The notes: generated by a model not told the origin, from the letters alone. 63,750 nucleotides of DNA, filler included, from Octopus bimaculoides (GCF_001194135.2; 6 parts of 6 records of this genome joined end to end with filler, not necessarily neighbours in it), one strand, 5' to 3'; positions 25,965-39,711 are shown, counted from the first letter of the whole stretch. Made by a program: numbers and translations.

Positions 25965-28140
25965 GTGATACCTCGCAGTACGAGTTTAATTAGTTCCATG
26001 ATTGAGCTCGTTTGACGATTTACTCGTTTTACAAATCAATTTTCCCCATTGAAATGAATTAAAATGTAATTAATCTCTTCCAGCCCATCCATGAATAATT
26101 TTCCTATGGATTTTAAAACAGAAAAGGTGCAGTTACAAGGAAAATGACAATTATAAAAACATAATAAAAGAGAATGCAAAAGAAATATGTAAACTGGTTG
26201 GTACTTTTTGGTTATCTCACCCCCATTAAAAAATTGCCATTAAAAACTGGGTTATCTCACCACTAAAAAATTGAATTTATGTGGCGACGAGATTGGATTA
26301 AAGGTTAGATCCTTTTGATTCAATACTTCAACACATTGTTGACGTTTGACCTCCTCAAGGCATGAGATAACTGAAAAGTACCGATTATTGTTTGGAAGGA
26401 GAATCTCCTTCCATTAAGACTCCAGGAAGAACAGTTTCTGGCGTTTTCTGTCACACTTCACTTAATTTAGGCTTTTGGGACACGCTTTCTTCACTTTTCA
26501 CACTTCCAGGTTGTTACATTAGAAACATATCAAGAGAAGTCTGCTTTTTCCTGCCTTTCAAAATGTTACAAAAATGCGCCAGAGTGTTGTCATTAAATAA
26601 AGCAGCTGCACGAACTGTAGATACTTTTTCAGGTTGATATTTTTCTACAAATTCAGAAACATACTGCCTTTATGTCACTCGTAGAGATAGCCTTCTTCGC
26701 TACACTCTCTTCCTCCAGGGAGTCAGTCTCTTCCACCGCATCCGAATGCTGCTGCTCCTGAAGCTGCAGAAGTTCATCTGTCATCAGCTTCTCTGAGTGC
26801 CAGGCCATATTGGTGATTTTCAGGCAGTTAGAAATGTTGTAGTTCTCCTTCCAAAACTCACGAAGGGTAAGATTTGTATTTTGGGTTTTTGGTGTACGAT
26901 GTCTTAAAATTAGAAATCACCTTTTGGTCCATGGGCTGCAAGATAGGGGTGGTGTTTTGCATGAAAGGTCTAGAACTTTTGTAAATCTAAATTCGTCCAG
27001 GATATCATCTTCGAAGTTTGTAGTGTAAGCAGGAGCATTGGTGAGAATAAGGAGAGCCTTGAGAGGAAGATTGTTCTCCAGAAGATACTTTTTCACTGCT
27101 GGTCCGAAGATAAGGTTGACCCACTCGTTGCAGAATTGCCTGGTGACTCGGGCTTTAACGTTTACCCACACCCCCCACGACCTGCAGCTTCTCCTTCAGG
27201 ATTTTGTGCGACTTGAATGCTCGTGAGTTTTCGGAATGGCAGAGAAGGAGCGGCTTAATCCTCAAGTCTCTACTCGCAATGGCACAAAGAGTTAGTCTAT
27301 CTTTCATAAGCTTGTGGCCTGATGTTTTCTTCTCTGCAGTTAGGTTCTTCTGGGCATTCGTCCCCCCCCCCAAAAAAAAACCCCGCCAGTTTCATCACAG
27401 TTGAATACCTGTTGTGCGGTGTGCTCCTCTGCTGTGATGAGCTGCGTAATTCACGTACGAAATCCTCAGCTGCCTTCGTGTTGGAACTTGCAGCTTCTCC
27501 ATACCTGATGACACCATGAACACCAGTCCTCTTCTTGAAATTATCGACCCTGCCGCGACTGGCCTTAAAATGCGTCTGCTGATGTCTCCTCCGTTGATGT
27601 TCCAGGGTTCTGCTTCAAGAGATCCCAATACAGCACTCGTGCTTTCTCACTGATGATGGTCTCCGTAATCGTACCCCCTTCGAGTTACTTCTCGTTGATC
27701 CACAGAAGAAGCGATTTTCCCATCTCTTCTTGGACAGATGTGCGTTGCTTGGAGAGACTAGAGACACCATTTGCTGTAACGGCCTTGATCTCGTCCTTTT
27801 TCTTCAGGATGGTGCTGATCGTCGACGTGTTTTGGTCGTATTAACGTGCTATATCCACTACATGCACTCCTTTCTCATGTTTATCACTGATTTCAATCTT
27901 CAATTGTATCGTAATCAGTTTATTCTTCTTCTCAGCACTGTCCTTTGCATTAACCTTCTTAGGACCCATGGCTAACGCAACTAATTATTATAAAATAATA
28001 GCAAATACTATACAAAACTAAAAAACAAAACAAAAAACACTTGGAAAACGCAACAGGGATGTGCGAGTTCAGCGCTGACTAGTGATTGCTGGTATGAAAC
28101 TCCTTCGTACTTCAAGACAAAAATTCGCACGAGCCCTGGC
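25965..28140 (-). mobile_element. Tigger/pogo-like DNA transposon (CENP-B HTH plus DDE_1), decayed
   Basis: ATG at 27969 gives MGPKKVNAKDSAEKK..ITIQLKIEI. Further motifs: FKASRG..DNFKKRTG, QQVFNCDETG, MKDRLTL, HSENSRAFK, LPLKALLILTNAPAY and KQTSLDMF. There are stops and frameshifts, and the ends are approximate. Confidence 0.88.
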
Positions 28141-29038
28141 ACGTATAGCAAATTACGATATATTTATGTAGAGTTGCCTCCCCTGGATTATAAATGTAAA
28201 TATATGTTAAATTCGCTTTCTCACTTTCCTTCCTTCCTTCTGTCACATACTGTTATTTCTCCGTCTTTGTATCTACCTGTCTCTCTCATTCCAATGTTTG
28301 AATTTTTTTTGTTTAGTTAAATAGCTAGATAATTGAGTCTTTATTGCAGTTTCCGAGTTGGAGTAGATCATCCAAAAGTAAAATGTTTGTTCCAACATTG
28401 AATTTAAAGAACCAGCCGACCTTATAAATAAGCAGTTTAAAAATGAAGAGGGCGTTCATTCTCACCGTGTGGCAAATGCCTTCCATTATAACTCCTGACC
28501 GGAGACTGTGTGGAAGCCTGTCGTAGATATCTTTTATCTGTTTCACTCATTGAACTACGATCATGCTGGGGCATTGCCTTGAATGATTTAGTCGAACAAA
28601 TCGACACCAGCAGTTACTTTTGTAAGCCTGGTAATTATTCTGTTCGTCTCTTTTGCTGAGCAGCTAAATTACAGGGACGTAAACAAACTTATGCCGGTTG
28701 TCTGGTGGTGAGACAAACTCAGACGCACCCTCACATACACTCACGATGCCTAAAATTTTGTGGGGTGGGGGTTAATCGACTACATCGACTCATCTTATAA
28801 AGGGCAAAGTCAACCTCAGTGAAATTTGAACTTGAAACACAAAACTGGAAGAAATGTTGGTAAGCAGGCTGGCAACAGGAAGGCTTTAGAAAATGTTTCA
28901 GTAAATTCCATCTGCCCCATTCAGGCATTGGAAAGTAGATTTTAAAATGATGACAACGATGGCAATGATGACAATTCAGACATTTTTGCAAACAATGTTT
29001 TACTAAAATGTTTTACTAAATTTTGTTTATATTTTCAG

Positions 29039-29172
29039 AACTGGATTAACTATGGTTATGATTTTGTTGATAAAGACCTGGATCGTTTTATCCATAACAT
29101 GACAATGTTTATCTCCATAACGCTATGTGTTGTGGGCGGAACATATTTGCTAGCATATCTACCTGATGGGAG
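29039..29172 (+). CDS. NDUFB11: NADH dehydrogenase (ubiquinone) 1 beta subcomplex subunit 11 (ESSS), internal exon
   Basis: Acceptor ttttcag| and donor |gtattt. Encodes NWINYGYDFVDKDLDRFIHNMTMFISITLCVVGGTYLLAYLPDG(R), matching the ESSS-family NW-x-YG motif, transmembrane helix and YLPD motif. Ends in phase 2 (AG). Confidence 0.93.
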
Positions 29173-30133
29173 GTATTTCTAATTTTTCAATTTGTCTTTT
29201 TTTTTTTTATGCTTTTATTTTTGACCTTTGTTTCTATAATCTTTGTGGTCTCAATAGCTCTACTATTTGCTTCCCAACCATGTCATCTTGGGTTCAGTCC
29301 CATTGTGTGGCATCTTAGAGGCAAGTGTCTTCTACTATAGCCTCAGGTCAGCCAAAACCTTGTGAGTGGATTTGGTGGACAGAAACTGAAAGAAGTCCAT
29401 TGTGTATAGGTGTGCGTGTTTGTGCATACCCTTGTCCTGACATCATGTGATGGTTGTAAATGAGGATCACTGTCATACAGGTGATGTTAATTTCTAGTCT
29501 TCCATTAAAATCCTGTATGGCCATGGTCCAGTCTTATTTCATTTGGAAACAGGTGAGGGTTGGCAATAGAAAAGGCACCTCAACAAATTCCATCTGACCC
29601 ATGCATGCATAGAAAAGTGAATGTTAAATGATCCTTCCTGAGTCATAAGGCTGGTTTCCTAGTTTTTGTGGCATATACAAGGGGCTGCTGAATAGTTCTT
29701 AGCTTTGGCTAAAAGAAAATACAGGAGGATCAATTATAATTTTTCCCAGCATATTCCTCTCTCAGATTCACATACTTATTGCAGTGGTCCTTCTAAGCCC
29801 TGTGAAAGAACTCAGAAGGTTGGACCTCCAACCTGGCCTTTTGCAATACCCTTAAAGCCAGGAGCTTATCAGCACCCCCTTGTATATTCCTCACTGCACG
29901 GGATGCCAGTCCATTACAGGATTACTCATTTTTGCCAGCTGACTGGACTGGGGCAATGTGAAGTAGTGTTTTGCTCAAGAAGACAACATGTCATCAGGTC
30001 TAGGAATTGATTACGAGTCCCACACCCCAACCACTAAGCCACATACCTTCATAAGTGAATGTTAAAGGATGCTGATGATGATGACAACACATAAACTCAC
30101 ATTTTCACACACAACATTCTAACAAAACATTTA

Positions 30134-31752
30134 TTAGGTTGTCCAGAAAGTTCTGAGCGTTTTTAAGCTAAATCTTTTAACGCTTCATTGAACACACCTG
30201 AAACAAAACACAGTTAAAACTTAGATGTTGCTTGAAGTGGTAGTGTATTTCTTTGTTGCTTACTAAAAATAGATTTATCTTTCATTCTGGTTACCCTTTA
30301 TTGACATTTGAAATGGATGACCAAAAATTTCATATTCATGTTGTAATGCTTTTCTTTTTAAATAAGAAAATGCTGCAAAGATTTGCGTAAACATTTGTGA
30401 AGTTTATGGTGACGATACTATTGGTGAATCAACTGTTTGAAGGTGGTTTGCAAAATTTAAAGCTGGAGAGTTTAGTTTGGGGGATGACAGTCCCAGTAGA
30501 AGATCTTAAAAATTGGATGAAGCTGTTTTGAAGGCAAAAATCGAAGAAACTCAAATAGCACAACTAGAAAACTTACAGAAGAGTTGGACGTTTTTTAAAA
30601 GTATGGCTCATGAATAGCTAGTGAAGCTAGGATACATTTCTTGTTATAAGATATGGGTCCCTCACAAACTCTCAGAAAAGAATTGTTTGGACTGGTATTC
30701 CGTTTATGATATGCTTTTGAAACAAAATTAAAGCATTCCTTCTTTTTGGAACAACTTGTGAGTGGAGATGGAAAATGGATTGTGTACAAAAACGTAATGC
30801 GAAAAAGATCCTGGAGTTTGAGTAAGGATCCCTCAAAACAGCAAGCAAAGATGAATCTATGCCAAAAAAGCTATGCTTTGTGTTTGGTGGGATCATAAAG
30901 GCATTATCTATTATGAGCTTCTCCCACAAAACCAGACCATTAATTCTAATGTGTACTATTGTCAGCTGGCTAATTTGAACCAAAAGATCTAAGAATTGAG
31001 ACTGGAGATTGTCAACAGGAAAGGGGTAATGTTCCAACAAGACAATGCCTGACCACATGTCTTCGGCTACCCAAACAAAGTTACATGAACTTTGCTGGGA
31101 TCTCTTATCCCATCCACCATATTCTCCTGATATTGCGCCATCCGACTACCACTTGTTTTTGTCTTGACAGAACTCATTGCAAGGAAAAACATTGAACAAT
31201 TTAGATAGTCAAAATGCATCTAGATAACTTTACTTCAAAACCAGTCAAATTTTGTTGAAGGAATATTTGAATTACCTGATAGATAGGCAAAAGTCATTAA
31301 TCATCATCATCATCATCATCATCATCGTTTAACGTCCGCTTTCCATGCTAGCATGGGTTGGACGATTTGACTGAGGACTGGTGAAACCGGATGGCAACAC
31401 CAGGCTCCAATCTAAATTTGGCAGAGTTTTTACAGTTGGATGCCCTTCCTAACGCCAACCACTCAGAGAGTGTAGTAGGTGCTTTTACGTGTCACCTGCA
31501 CGAAGGCCAGTCAGGCGATACTGGCAACGGCCACGCTCGAAATGGTGTCTTTTATGTGCTACCCGCACAAGCCAGTCCAGGGGCACTGGCAACGATCTCG
31601 CTCGAAAATCCTACGGAAGCCAGTCAGGCGGTACTGGCAACGGCCGCGCTCATTAATGGAAATTATTTCATTGAATAAAATTTATTGAAAGGTCAATTAT
31701 TTCTATCTCTTTTTGCATATTAAAAACGCTCAAAACTTCCCAGACAACCTAA
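30134..31752 (+). mobile_element. Full-length but dead mariner (DD34D) element
   Basis: 32-bp TIRs TTAGGTTGTCCAGAAAGTTCTGAGCGTTTTTA with 4 mismatches. Motifs MLCVWWDHKGIIYYELL, VMFQQDNA*PH and HPPYSPDIAPSDYHLF. It lies inside the NDUFB11 intron. Confidence 0.93.
31302..31649 (-). mobile_element. RTE-type 3'UTR insertion nested in the mariner
   Basis: (CAT)n tail and an 8-bp duplication TCATTAAT at 31294-31301 and 31650-31657. Same family as 45700-45950, 48740-49200, 58930-59400 and 60985-61217. Confidence 0.85.
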
Positions 31753-33551
31753 TTGAATAGATGACGCATTAAACAAATAGTTATTAAGATTAACATACTC
31801 TGGGGTGTAGGCATGGCACCCTGTACTATGTTTGGCCTGTTTCTTTGTTTCCACTCTGTGGCCCCTTGGCATGTGCCTTCTATAGCCTCAGTTTGACCAA
31901 GGGCATTGTGGGCAGCTGGAAACTAGAAACTTGTTAGATGAACCCATTACTTTTCTTCAGTTGTAAACTTAATTCATCACCTGGCTTAACCCCACCATCT
32001 GACCTTTGGACATAGTTAGTGGACTTCACTTTAGTGTGCATTTGGGTGATTGCTCCAGTTTGTAGTTAATACCCGCCTTTCCTTTCATCACTTTCAGAGG
32101 TGCTGCCTTTAACTTATTCATTTAAACCCTTCACTTCCTGTGGAGTATAGACCATCAATGACATCTCTCCACTGTTCTTGACTCTGTGACTGTCCTTTCT
32201 GTTTCATCCTGTATACAAAGCCCTCCTCTCCCAGGTCTGGTTGGTTTCAAATTGTCACCAATCTTTTATTCTTTTACTTGTTTCAGTCATTTGACTATGG
32301 CCATGCTGGAGCAACACCTTAGAGGGTTTTAGTCAAACAAATCAACCTCGGGACATATTCTTTGTCAGCCTTGTACTTATTCTATCAGTAACTTACAGGG
32401 ACATAAATGCATCGACATCAGTTGTCAAGCAGTGGTGGTGGGACAAACAGACGCAATGAGACACATTAATATATATATATATATATATATATACAGTTTG
32501 TGTCCATCAAATCCACTTACAAGGCATTGGTCAAGTCAAGGCTATAGTAGAAGACCCTAACCCAAAATGTCACACAGTGGGACTGAACCTAGAACCATGT
32601 GGTTGGGAAGCAAGCTTCTGGTCCTCTACCAGGGGTTCCCAACCACTTTTTTTATTTACAGACCCCTTTCATTACTCTTTTACTCTAGTGGACCCATGTA
32701 ATCATTCAATGTTTAAAGACTAGTTTTATAGATACTTCTTTCGAAATTCATATTTTGTTTCTCCCACATTAACTATTCTCTTTTCACTTTTTTACTTGTT
32801 TCAATCATTTGACTTTGGCCTTTAGTTGAGCAAATTGACCCCAGGGCTTATTTTTTATAAGCCTAGTACTTATTCTATCAGTCTCTTTTGCCGAACTGCT
32901 AAGTTACGGGAACGTAAACACACCAGCATCGGTTGTCAAGTGATGTTGGGGGGACAAACACAGACATACAGACATGTCCCCAGTCATACCATCTAACCCA
33001 TGCCAACATGGAAAGCAGATGTTAAATGATGCGACGACATATATACGACGGGCTTCTTTCAGTTTCTGTCTACCAAATCCACTCAGCCCGAGGCTATAGT
33101 AGAAGACACTTGCCCAAGGTGCCACGCAGTGAGACTGAACCCGTAACCATGTGGTTTGTAAGCAAGCTACTTACCACACAGCCACTTCTAGGCCTATGTA
33201 AAATGATAAAGAAACCAAGCTGTTTCTTGCAATAAACATATCTACATCAAGATTATTTTCATGGACCCTTAAACTACTATTGTGGATCCCCAATTTATTA
33301 TTTTACTTGCATGTACCCCCAGGGGTCACATGGACATTGTTTGACAATTGCTGACCTACACAAACCTCTTTTTACTTTGGGGAAGAATTGGCCCAAATTA
33401 GTCTGGCCTCTTTCTTAGGACCTGTCCAGCATGAGGAGCCTTACTAGGAACTTGCACTCTACTGCTGACATAGGTCATTGAGACACAGGTTACCACATTG
33501 TAACAAGGACTGGCCCTTGTGGTAGCCTTCTCTTTAAGATGGAGCCCTTAA

Positions 33552-33994
33552 CCCTTAAGCATTCAGATTAATCTGTTCCGTGAAAAGCTTATTTATTAAT
33601 ATTTTAAATTAATCATGTATTATGTCATAGCGTTGAGATTTCAATGATATGATTGTTTATTTTTAAGATGATATTGTAGGATAGGTGTGAGAGGCCTGAT
33701 CTGATTAGCTTAACCCTTTAGCATTCAGATTACTCTTATCAAATGTAATGCTTATATAATTACATTATTGTGAATTACTCCTACTCCTGCATTGTCTTGT
33801 AGTTTTAAGATTTCAATGATGGTATTCTTTACTTGTGGAATGACATTGTAGGGTAGGTCTAAGAGGCCAGATCTGGCTAGTATGAACATAAGAAGAATAT
33901 TTGGCCCAGGTATGGCTTGTTTAGATGTTAAAGAGTTAAACATAAAGCAAGTAGAATATTTAGGCCAGATATGGCCAGATTAAATGCCAGAGGG
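33552..33994. mobile_element. piggyBac-type MITE: one partial copy (33552-33709) and one complete copy (33714-33994)
   Basis: TTAA|CCCTTTAGCATTCAGATT ... AAATGCCAGAGGG|TTAA termini with TTAA target sites. Confidence 0.75.
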
Positions 33995-34335
33995 TTAAAA
34001 GAAACAAAATTTAATACACCATCTTCTGGCTTGTTGAGAGTATGCAAAGACACAAAAAAAATTTCCCTTCTTCTATCAGTCTTAGGGACCCATCAAAAGA
34101 TTCTTTTACTGAGTAAGCTATCAAAAATGTACTAAATGACTGTTACCTCTAATTTTAAATGAATTCTCTTTTGTTCCTCATTTACTCTTCTCTCCTCTTG
34201 TCTTCTCCCTCTCTCCTGGATTCTCTTGCTCTGTCACCAGTGCACTTGATTCTCTCTTCCACCTTCAGTTACAATTTAACCCCTTCCCTCCACCTCTCTT
34301 CATTCTATGATGTTGTGTTTTGTCTATTTACCTAG

Positions 34336-34483
34336 GTTGAAAGAATGGTCTCTACGAGAAGCTTATCTGGAGCTAGATCGCAGGGAAAGTGAAGGTCTTG
34401 ATTTAATATCACCTGACTTCTTATCACCTGAAAGTATAGAACTGCCGCCAGATGATGAAATAACTCAAGAAATCATAATTTAA
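34336..34483 (+). CDS. NDUFB11: NDUFB11 terminal exon
   Basis: Acceptor cctag|G completes AGG (Arg), in phase with the previous exon. Encodes LKEWSLREAYLELDRRESEGLDLISPDFLSPESIELPPDDEITQEIII*, the typical ESSS C-terminus. TAA at 34481-34483. Confidence 0.93.
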
Positions 34484-36063
34484 CATTGTCCGGCTGAAGG
34501 AGACATACATGATGAAGGGACAAGAGAGTATAGACATATATGTGGTGACAAAATGTCCCTTTACTCTCTTGATTAGTTAAGAAGACTGTGTAAGAGATGT
34601 CAGACATGTTAGCAGGAACGTTGTGTTGTTTTTTGTTTATTTTTTGAAGATTCAAAAGAATTTTTTTTATATATAGTTTTTTTTTTCTTTCAAATGAACT
34701 AAAAAACTTTAAAAATTCACTGCGTTGTTCATTTTCTATTTTTTTCATTAGGTTCTCTTAAAATAAGGTGGCAAATTTGCAGAATCATTAGAATATGTGT
34801 GTGTTATTGTCTCATTGTTTTGACTTCATGTGAGGAAGGACAGCAGGCAGTAGAAAATCTACCTCAACAAATTCTATCCATCCATGCAAACATGTTAAAG
34901 TGGATGTTAACTGTTGAAGATTTTATACATGCATACACACATGCACGCACAAACATACTTTTGTACAGATATATGTTTAATCGGGGGAAGAGCTAGTGTC
35001 TGTCTTGCTACATGCCCTCAAGACTGTTGGTGGGATTAGGGTGGAAGGTATCCTTTAATCCAAAATGAGGTCAAAATGCTTGCTTCAGAGTGGTGGTGGG
35101 GGGAATGAAACTCCACTAGAGGTACCCAAAATAATAAGTGTTTGTGTGAAGCAGGATAATGCCAAATTATTAAAGAATTGTAACCATTATTACATCACGG
35201 GTGAAAATTTTTGCATTAAGTGAATCATTTATATATTAGAGCACTAATTACATTTACGTACACATACATGCAATTATATATAAAGGTCAGTTGCTGGATT
35301 CATTAGAATCAAGGTACTTTAACATATTGGATGCCAGTACTTAACTTATAATACTTTGGAGCAACTTAAAATTGTTTGTTGGTTGTATACTGTATGTATG
35401 GACATATACACTCGTACATGTATCTGCATATATAAATACACATAGATAGGTGCATATATACGCAGGTACTCAATACAATACAAACTGTAGATCCAACTCA
35501 GGGATGGTTCCAAGTGTTACGTATGTATAAAAGAACACAAGTTTCAAAATTCACTTCAGCTGTTTCGGTAGTATTTTGGCTGTGTGGTAAGGAGCTTCCT
35601 TCCCATTCAAACATATATATATATATATATAGTTAATCCAAACACACACCTGCCAGAATACTGCAGAAATGAAATGACACCACAAAGAAAACAGGAGCGG
35701 GGAACACCACAAATCCTAAACAGGTCCACTTACCTCGGCTAAATGCAGTTCGTACGGACGCTCGTGACAAACAAGGATTGATCTTCTCAGTCATCGGGAA
35801 AACCAACATAACGATTAAAAAAGGAAAAGAAGTGGGAAAACATATTCGGAAACGAAGAGTAGCTGCCTACGTCGGCGAGGGCGATGTTTGTGGAGAAATA
35901 TGTATTTGTGTATATATGTTTAAGTGTATTTTGTATGTGTGTATATTGTTTGTGCGTGTGTTGAGTGTGTTCATGTATTTTAAAAGTAAGACTATACCCT
36001 GTATACTCTTACTCTTTTAAAATACTCATGCATTTTAAGAGTAAGACTATATGATATTAGTTA

Positions 36064-36437
36064 CTGTATCCGGTGGCTTATAAGACGCACTTATACTAAA
36101 AAAAAAAAAAAAATCTCAAAGCATTCTCCTCACGCGGGTTTTATTTGCAAAGTTAGTCCTCCTTTAAACCAAGCTTGTCCCTAACACTCACTACTATAGG
36201 CTTATTTTAATCCAGACGGTCTCTTGTACCTAGCCTGACTTATTGCTTTATGTTCAGCTCTGTTGCTAATTTGTTGCTCTATTGCTAAAGTATTTTCATA
36301 ACATTTTGTAATGCACTCTTAAATTGCTTTAAATATTACACGCTTTAGTAAACTAACAACTATTTTTCCTGAAAATGCAATGTTGAATTTGGGGTGCATC
36401 GAATATGCCCATGCGTCTTTTAAGCCATCAAATACAT
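36064..36437. mobile_element. TA-flanked MITE (Tc2/pogo-like)
   Basis: About 26-bp imperfect TIRs CTGTATCCGGTGGCTTATAAGACGCA and rc ATGTATTTGATGGCTTAAAAGACGCA, with TA on both sides. Confidence 0.7.
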
Positions 36438-36749
36438 TATGTCCTCAATGTGATTATGATCCAGTAAAATGTCTAAAGTGTATTTGGTGATTATGGTAAA
36501 ACATCGGATCTAAGATATTGTTCGGTGAAATATCTTGATACTGTCGTCTTGGATTTAGTAGTTATACTACCGCCTATAATAATGTCAGTGTTGGTGTTTG
36601 TCGATGCATGGGAGATATGAAATAACATTTAAAGAACGAAAGGTAATTGTTAAGAAAATATGACCATTATTACTTCATAGCCGAAAAACCTCAAATGTGT
36701 AACAATCGGACATCTTTCACTTGAAGTAATTCGTGTGCTTTGTTAATGG

Positions 36750-38387
36750 CACTGATTTACAAAATTTTCAATTTGCTCTGAGGCAAGGATGTGAATAGGT
36801 GTTTTTTTTTTTTTTTTTTAACTAATTTTGATGTGGTGACTTCAATTTTCTGAACAGAATAGATACAGAACATAGATGGAACTAAATTACTTGGATAATA
36901 CAATACATATAAATCATAGTACAGCAGAGAGTTTTTGTGTACACGATCTTGTGTACTTTACCTCCGGGATGTTACGCAAGAGCATCCAGCAAAAGCCCCC
37001 ATCATGCTGGAGTTCCACTTGTCTTGGTAGTTACTATTCATCTTAGTAATATCTTGGTGGAACTTTTCTCCATGCTCATCACTCACTGTTCTGAGCTTCG
37101 GAGGGAAGAAGTTGTGGTGGGAGGGGAGAAAGTGAATTTTGAATGACATTCGGCATCCCATATCCTCATAAGACTAACAGCTTCCTGATGCACTCTTGGT
37201 AATCTAGTATCCGTGTGTTACCAAGGAAGCCAAGGCGAACTGACTTAAATGTTTCCCTTGTTCTCAGTTCCTTTTATATAAAAAGCTCCTCAAAGTCCTT
37301 ATCCTTCAACACCTCTTGAATCTGAGGTCCGATGAAGATGCCCTCCTTCAGCTTAATAGAACTCAGAGCTGGGAACAGAGTGCACAGGTGTTGGAAGGTA
37401 GTGCCATTTTTGTCCATGGCCTTCACGAAATTCTTCATTAAACCAAGCTTGGTATGAAGAGGAGGAAGAAGCACCTTGTCCATGTCCACCAGAGGATTTT
37501 CTCGGCCTCTGTGTTCACCAGGCATGAAAGTGCTCCTAGATCCCCAGTTCTTCTGCTTGTAGTGCTTGGACACAGCCCGATTGTCTCAGAGACAGAGAAA
37601 GCAACAGTACTTTGTTGAAGCTCGCTTGCATACCCATAAGGAGCCCAATGACCTTGAGGTCCACTAGTACTAGTTGTACTTGACAGCTTCCAAAAGGAGC
37701 TCCATATTGTCATACAACTCCTTCAGATGGACTGAGTAGGCAATGGGAATGCCGGAGTATTTATTCCTATTGTGCTGGAGTACAGCCTTCAGACTTCGTT
37801 TGGAAGAATCTATAAAAAGATGCCAGTCTGAGAGATTGTGTGGGAAACCAAGGAAGGTGAACAAGCCAGAGACATTTGTGCAGTAGCACTCCATGTCGAA
37901 GAATGAAGCAAAGTCCTGGTTCCATGTCCTGAAACTGGTGACCCTTGCCTCTGCCTTGACCAGGTTCCACTGCTTAAGTCAGATGCCAGGAGCTCTGACT
38001 GCTGCTTAGATAGATACGAATCACGGACAAGGTCATTCAGGATTTGTCCTGTTCTCCAATTTTACAGTCAAAATAATGAGAGTAAGCCGTTCTCAGGAGG
38101 AAAGTAATTGTTCAGTGTTGTTCAGTGTTGTGCAACTCTCACACGTAGCAGAATAAATTTGCCTTGTTGATGCACCCTCGGTGTTTTGAAGTCATTGTAG
38201 AGATATGTATCATATGTATCACAAAAATCTGGAAAACAAAATAAGAATTGATCATATACATGGTTACATGAATTGTCGCGAAATCATAATGTAAATCTCG
38301 AAAACTAGAGGTGATGAGTGAAAACTGGTTTTGTATTTGAAATCAACACTATTTTTATGTTTGCCTCAATTTCTCTGTAAACCAGTG
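36750..38387 (-). mobile_element. Chapaev3-like (CMC superfamily) DNA transposon, decayed
   Basis: CACTG termini (CACTGATTTACA and rc CACTGGTTTACA). Motifs WHLFIDSSKRSLKAVL, LLPPLHTKLGLMKNFVKA, KLKEGIFIGPQI and MSFKIHFL.SH...VSDEHGEKFHQDI. The superfamily label is from recollection of these motifs. Confidence 0.75.
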
Positions 38388-39323
38388 TAGTAAACAAAAC
38401 GCTAATTAAATGATGTCTTAAAGGAAATTTGTTATAAGAGAACGAAAATGTATCAAGTATTCGAAAACGAATTTTCTTTTATGTTCAAGACTCGATAACA
38501 TGAAAAAAATGAGGAAAGTAGGAAGAAATGGTATATTAAGGCTTGTATTTTGCAAGTTCTGTGTATCACGTGATACATATGACATATTTTCCTGGTATCC
38601 ATGCACATCATATACGATACATATTCTCAGTTTTTTCATCCTCCTGAGTAACTTGGTATTTATGAAAGGAAAGCTTTATATTACTCAGAACGTATGAAAG
38701 AAGGGCTAACTAAAAGTCTGAAAACAAGCATAGATGTTACAGGCAAAGGTATGAAAATGCTTTCGCCGAGCAAAGGAGTAATTGTAGGTACTAAGAGTGT
38801 ACATGAAATGAAACAACTGCAGCCAGGAGTTTATAAATCATGTTGAATACTCCAGTTGGAATATTCAAAATATTAAATCATATTTGTTTTAAATTTGAGC
38901 ACAAGGTCAGCAATTTTAGGGGTAGGGAGCTAGCCGATTTCAACAGGCCCCAGTGCTAAATTGGTACTTGTTTTATCGACCCCGAAAGAGTGAAAGGCAA
39001 AATCTACCTCGGTGGTATTTGAACACAGAACGTAAAGAACCGGAAAAAATACTAAGCATTTTGTCCAACGTGCTAACAAGTCAACCAGCTTGTCATCTTA
39101 AAAGATTTTTTCTGCTATAGGCACAAGGCCTGAAATTTTATGAGGTGGGGATTAGTCAATTATTAGGTTGTCAAGAAAGTTCTTGCGGAATTTTTGATTT
39201 TGATTTTAAATGATGTATTTTAAAAAGTTAAAGAAGTGATTTTAAATTCTCAATCGCAGAATAATGCTAATAATATAGCCTGAACGGATAAACTACCCCT
39301 ATTTTGCAGAGAAAAGTGTAGGT

Positions 39324-39398
39324 GGCTAGCTGTGGACTCGAACTCACATTCCCGTGATTATATGTCACGATGCTTTGACCGATTAAGCTAAACTACCC
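39324..39398 (-). tRNA. tRNA-like sequence, second copy (TAT at the anticodon position)
   Basis: Inverted paralogue of 39637-39711 with loop CATATAA. Confidence 0.5.
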
Positions 39399-39636
39399 AC
39401 TACAAATTCGTCTGCAAATTAAGATATATAAATCTCGCTTTATGAGACGCTCTCATATGTTAAATTCAAATTACGACAAACGTAAATAAACAAACAAAGT
39501 TTGCTTTTAGAAGCGTTGAGATGTCTTTTAGAAAGTTAAAGAATTGATTTTTAAATTCTCGTAATTTGAATTTAACATATGAGAGCGTTTCATAAAGCGA
39601 GATTTATATATCTTAATTTGCAGAGGAATTTGTAGT

Positions 39637-39711
39637 GGGTAGTTTAGCTTAATCGGTCAAAGCATCGTGACATGTAATCACGGGGATGTGAGTTCGAGTC
39701 CACTGCTAGCC
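39637..39711 (+). tRNA. tRNA-like sequence (TGT at the anticodon position; probably not a functional tRNA)
   Basis: TAGCTTAATCGGTCAAAGC D arm, CGTGA-CATGTAA-TCACG anticodon arm and GTGAG-TTCGAGT-CCAC T arm with one base missing. Position 33 is A rather than U. Confidence 0.5.

Noticed and set aside
38695-38847. 50-aa ORF MKEGLTKSLKTSIDVTGKG...
   Set aside because: Short, with no recognisable homology and no partner exon found.
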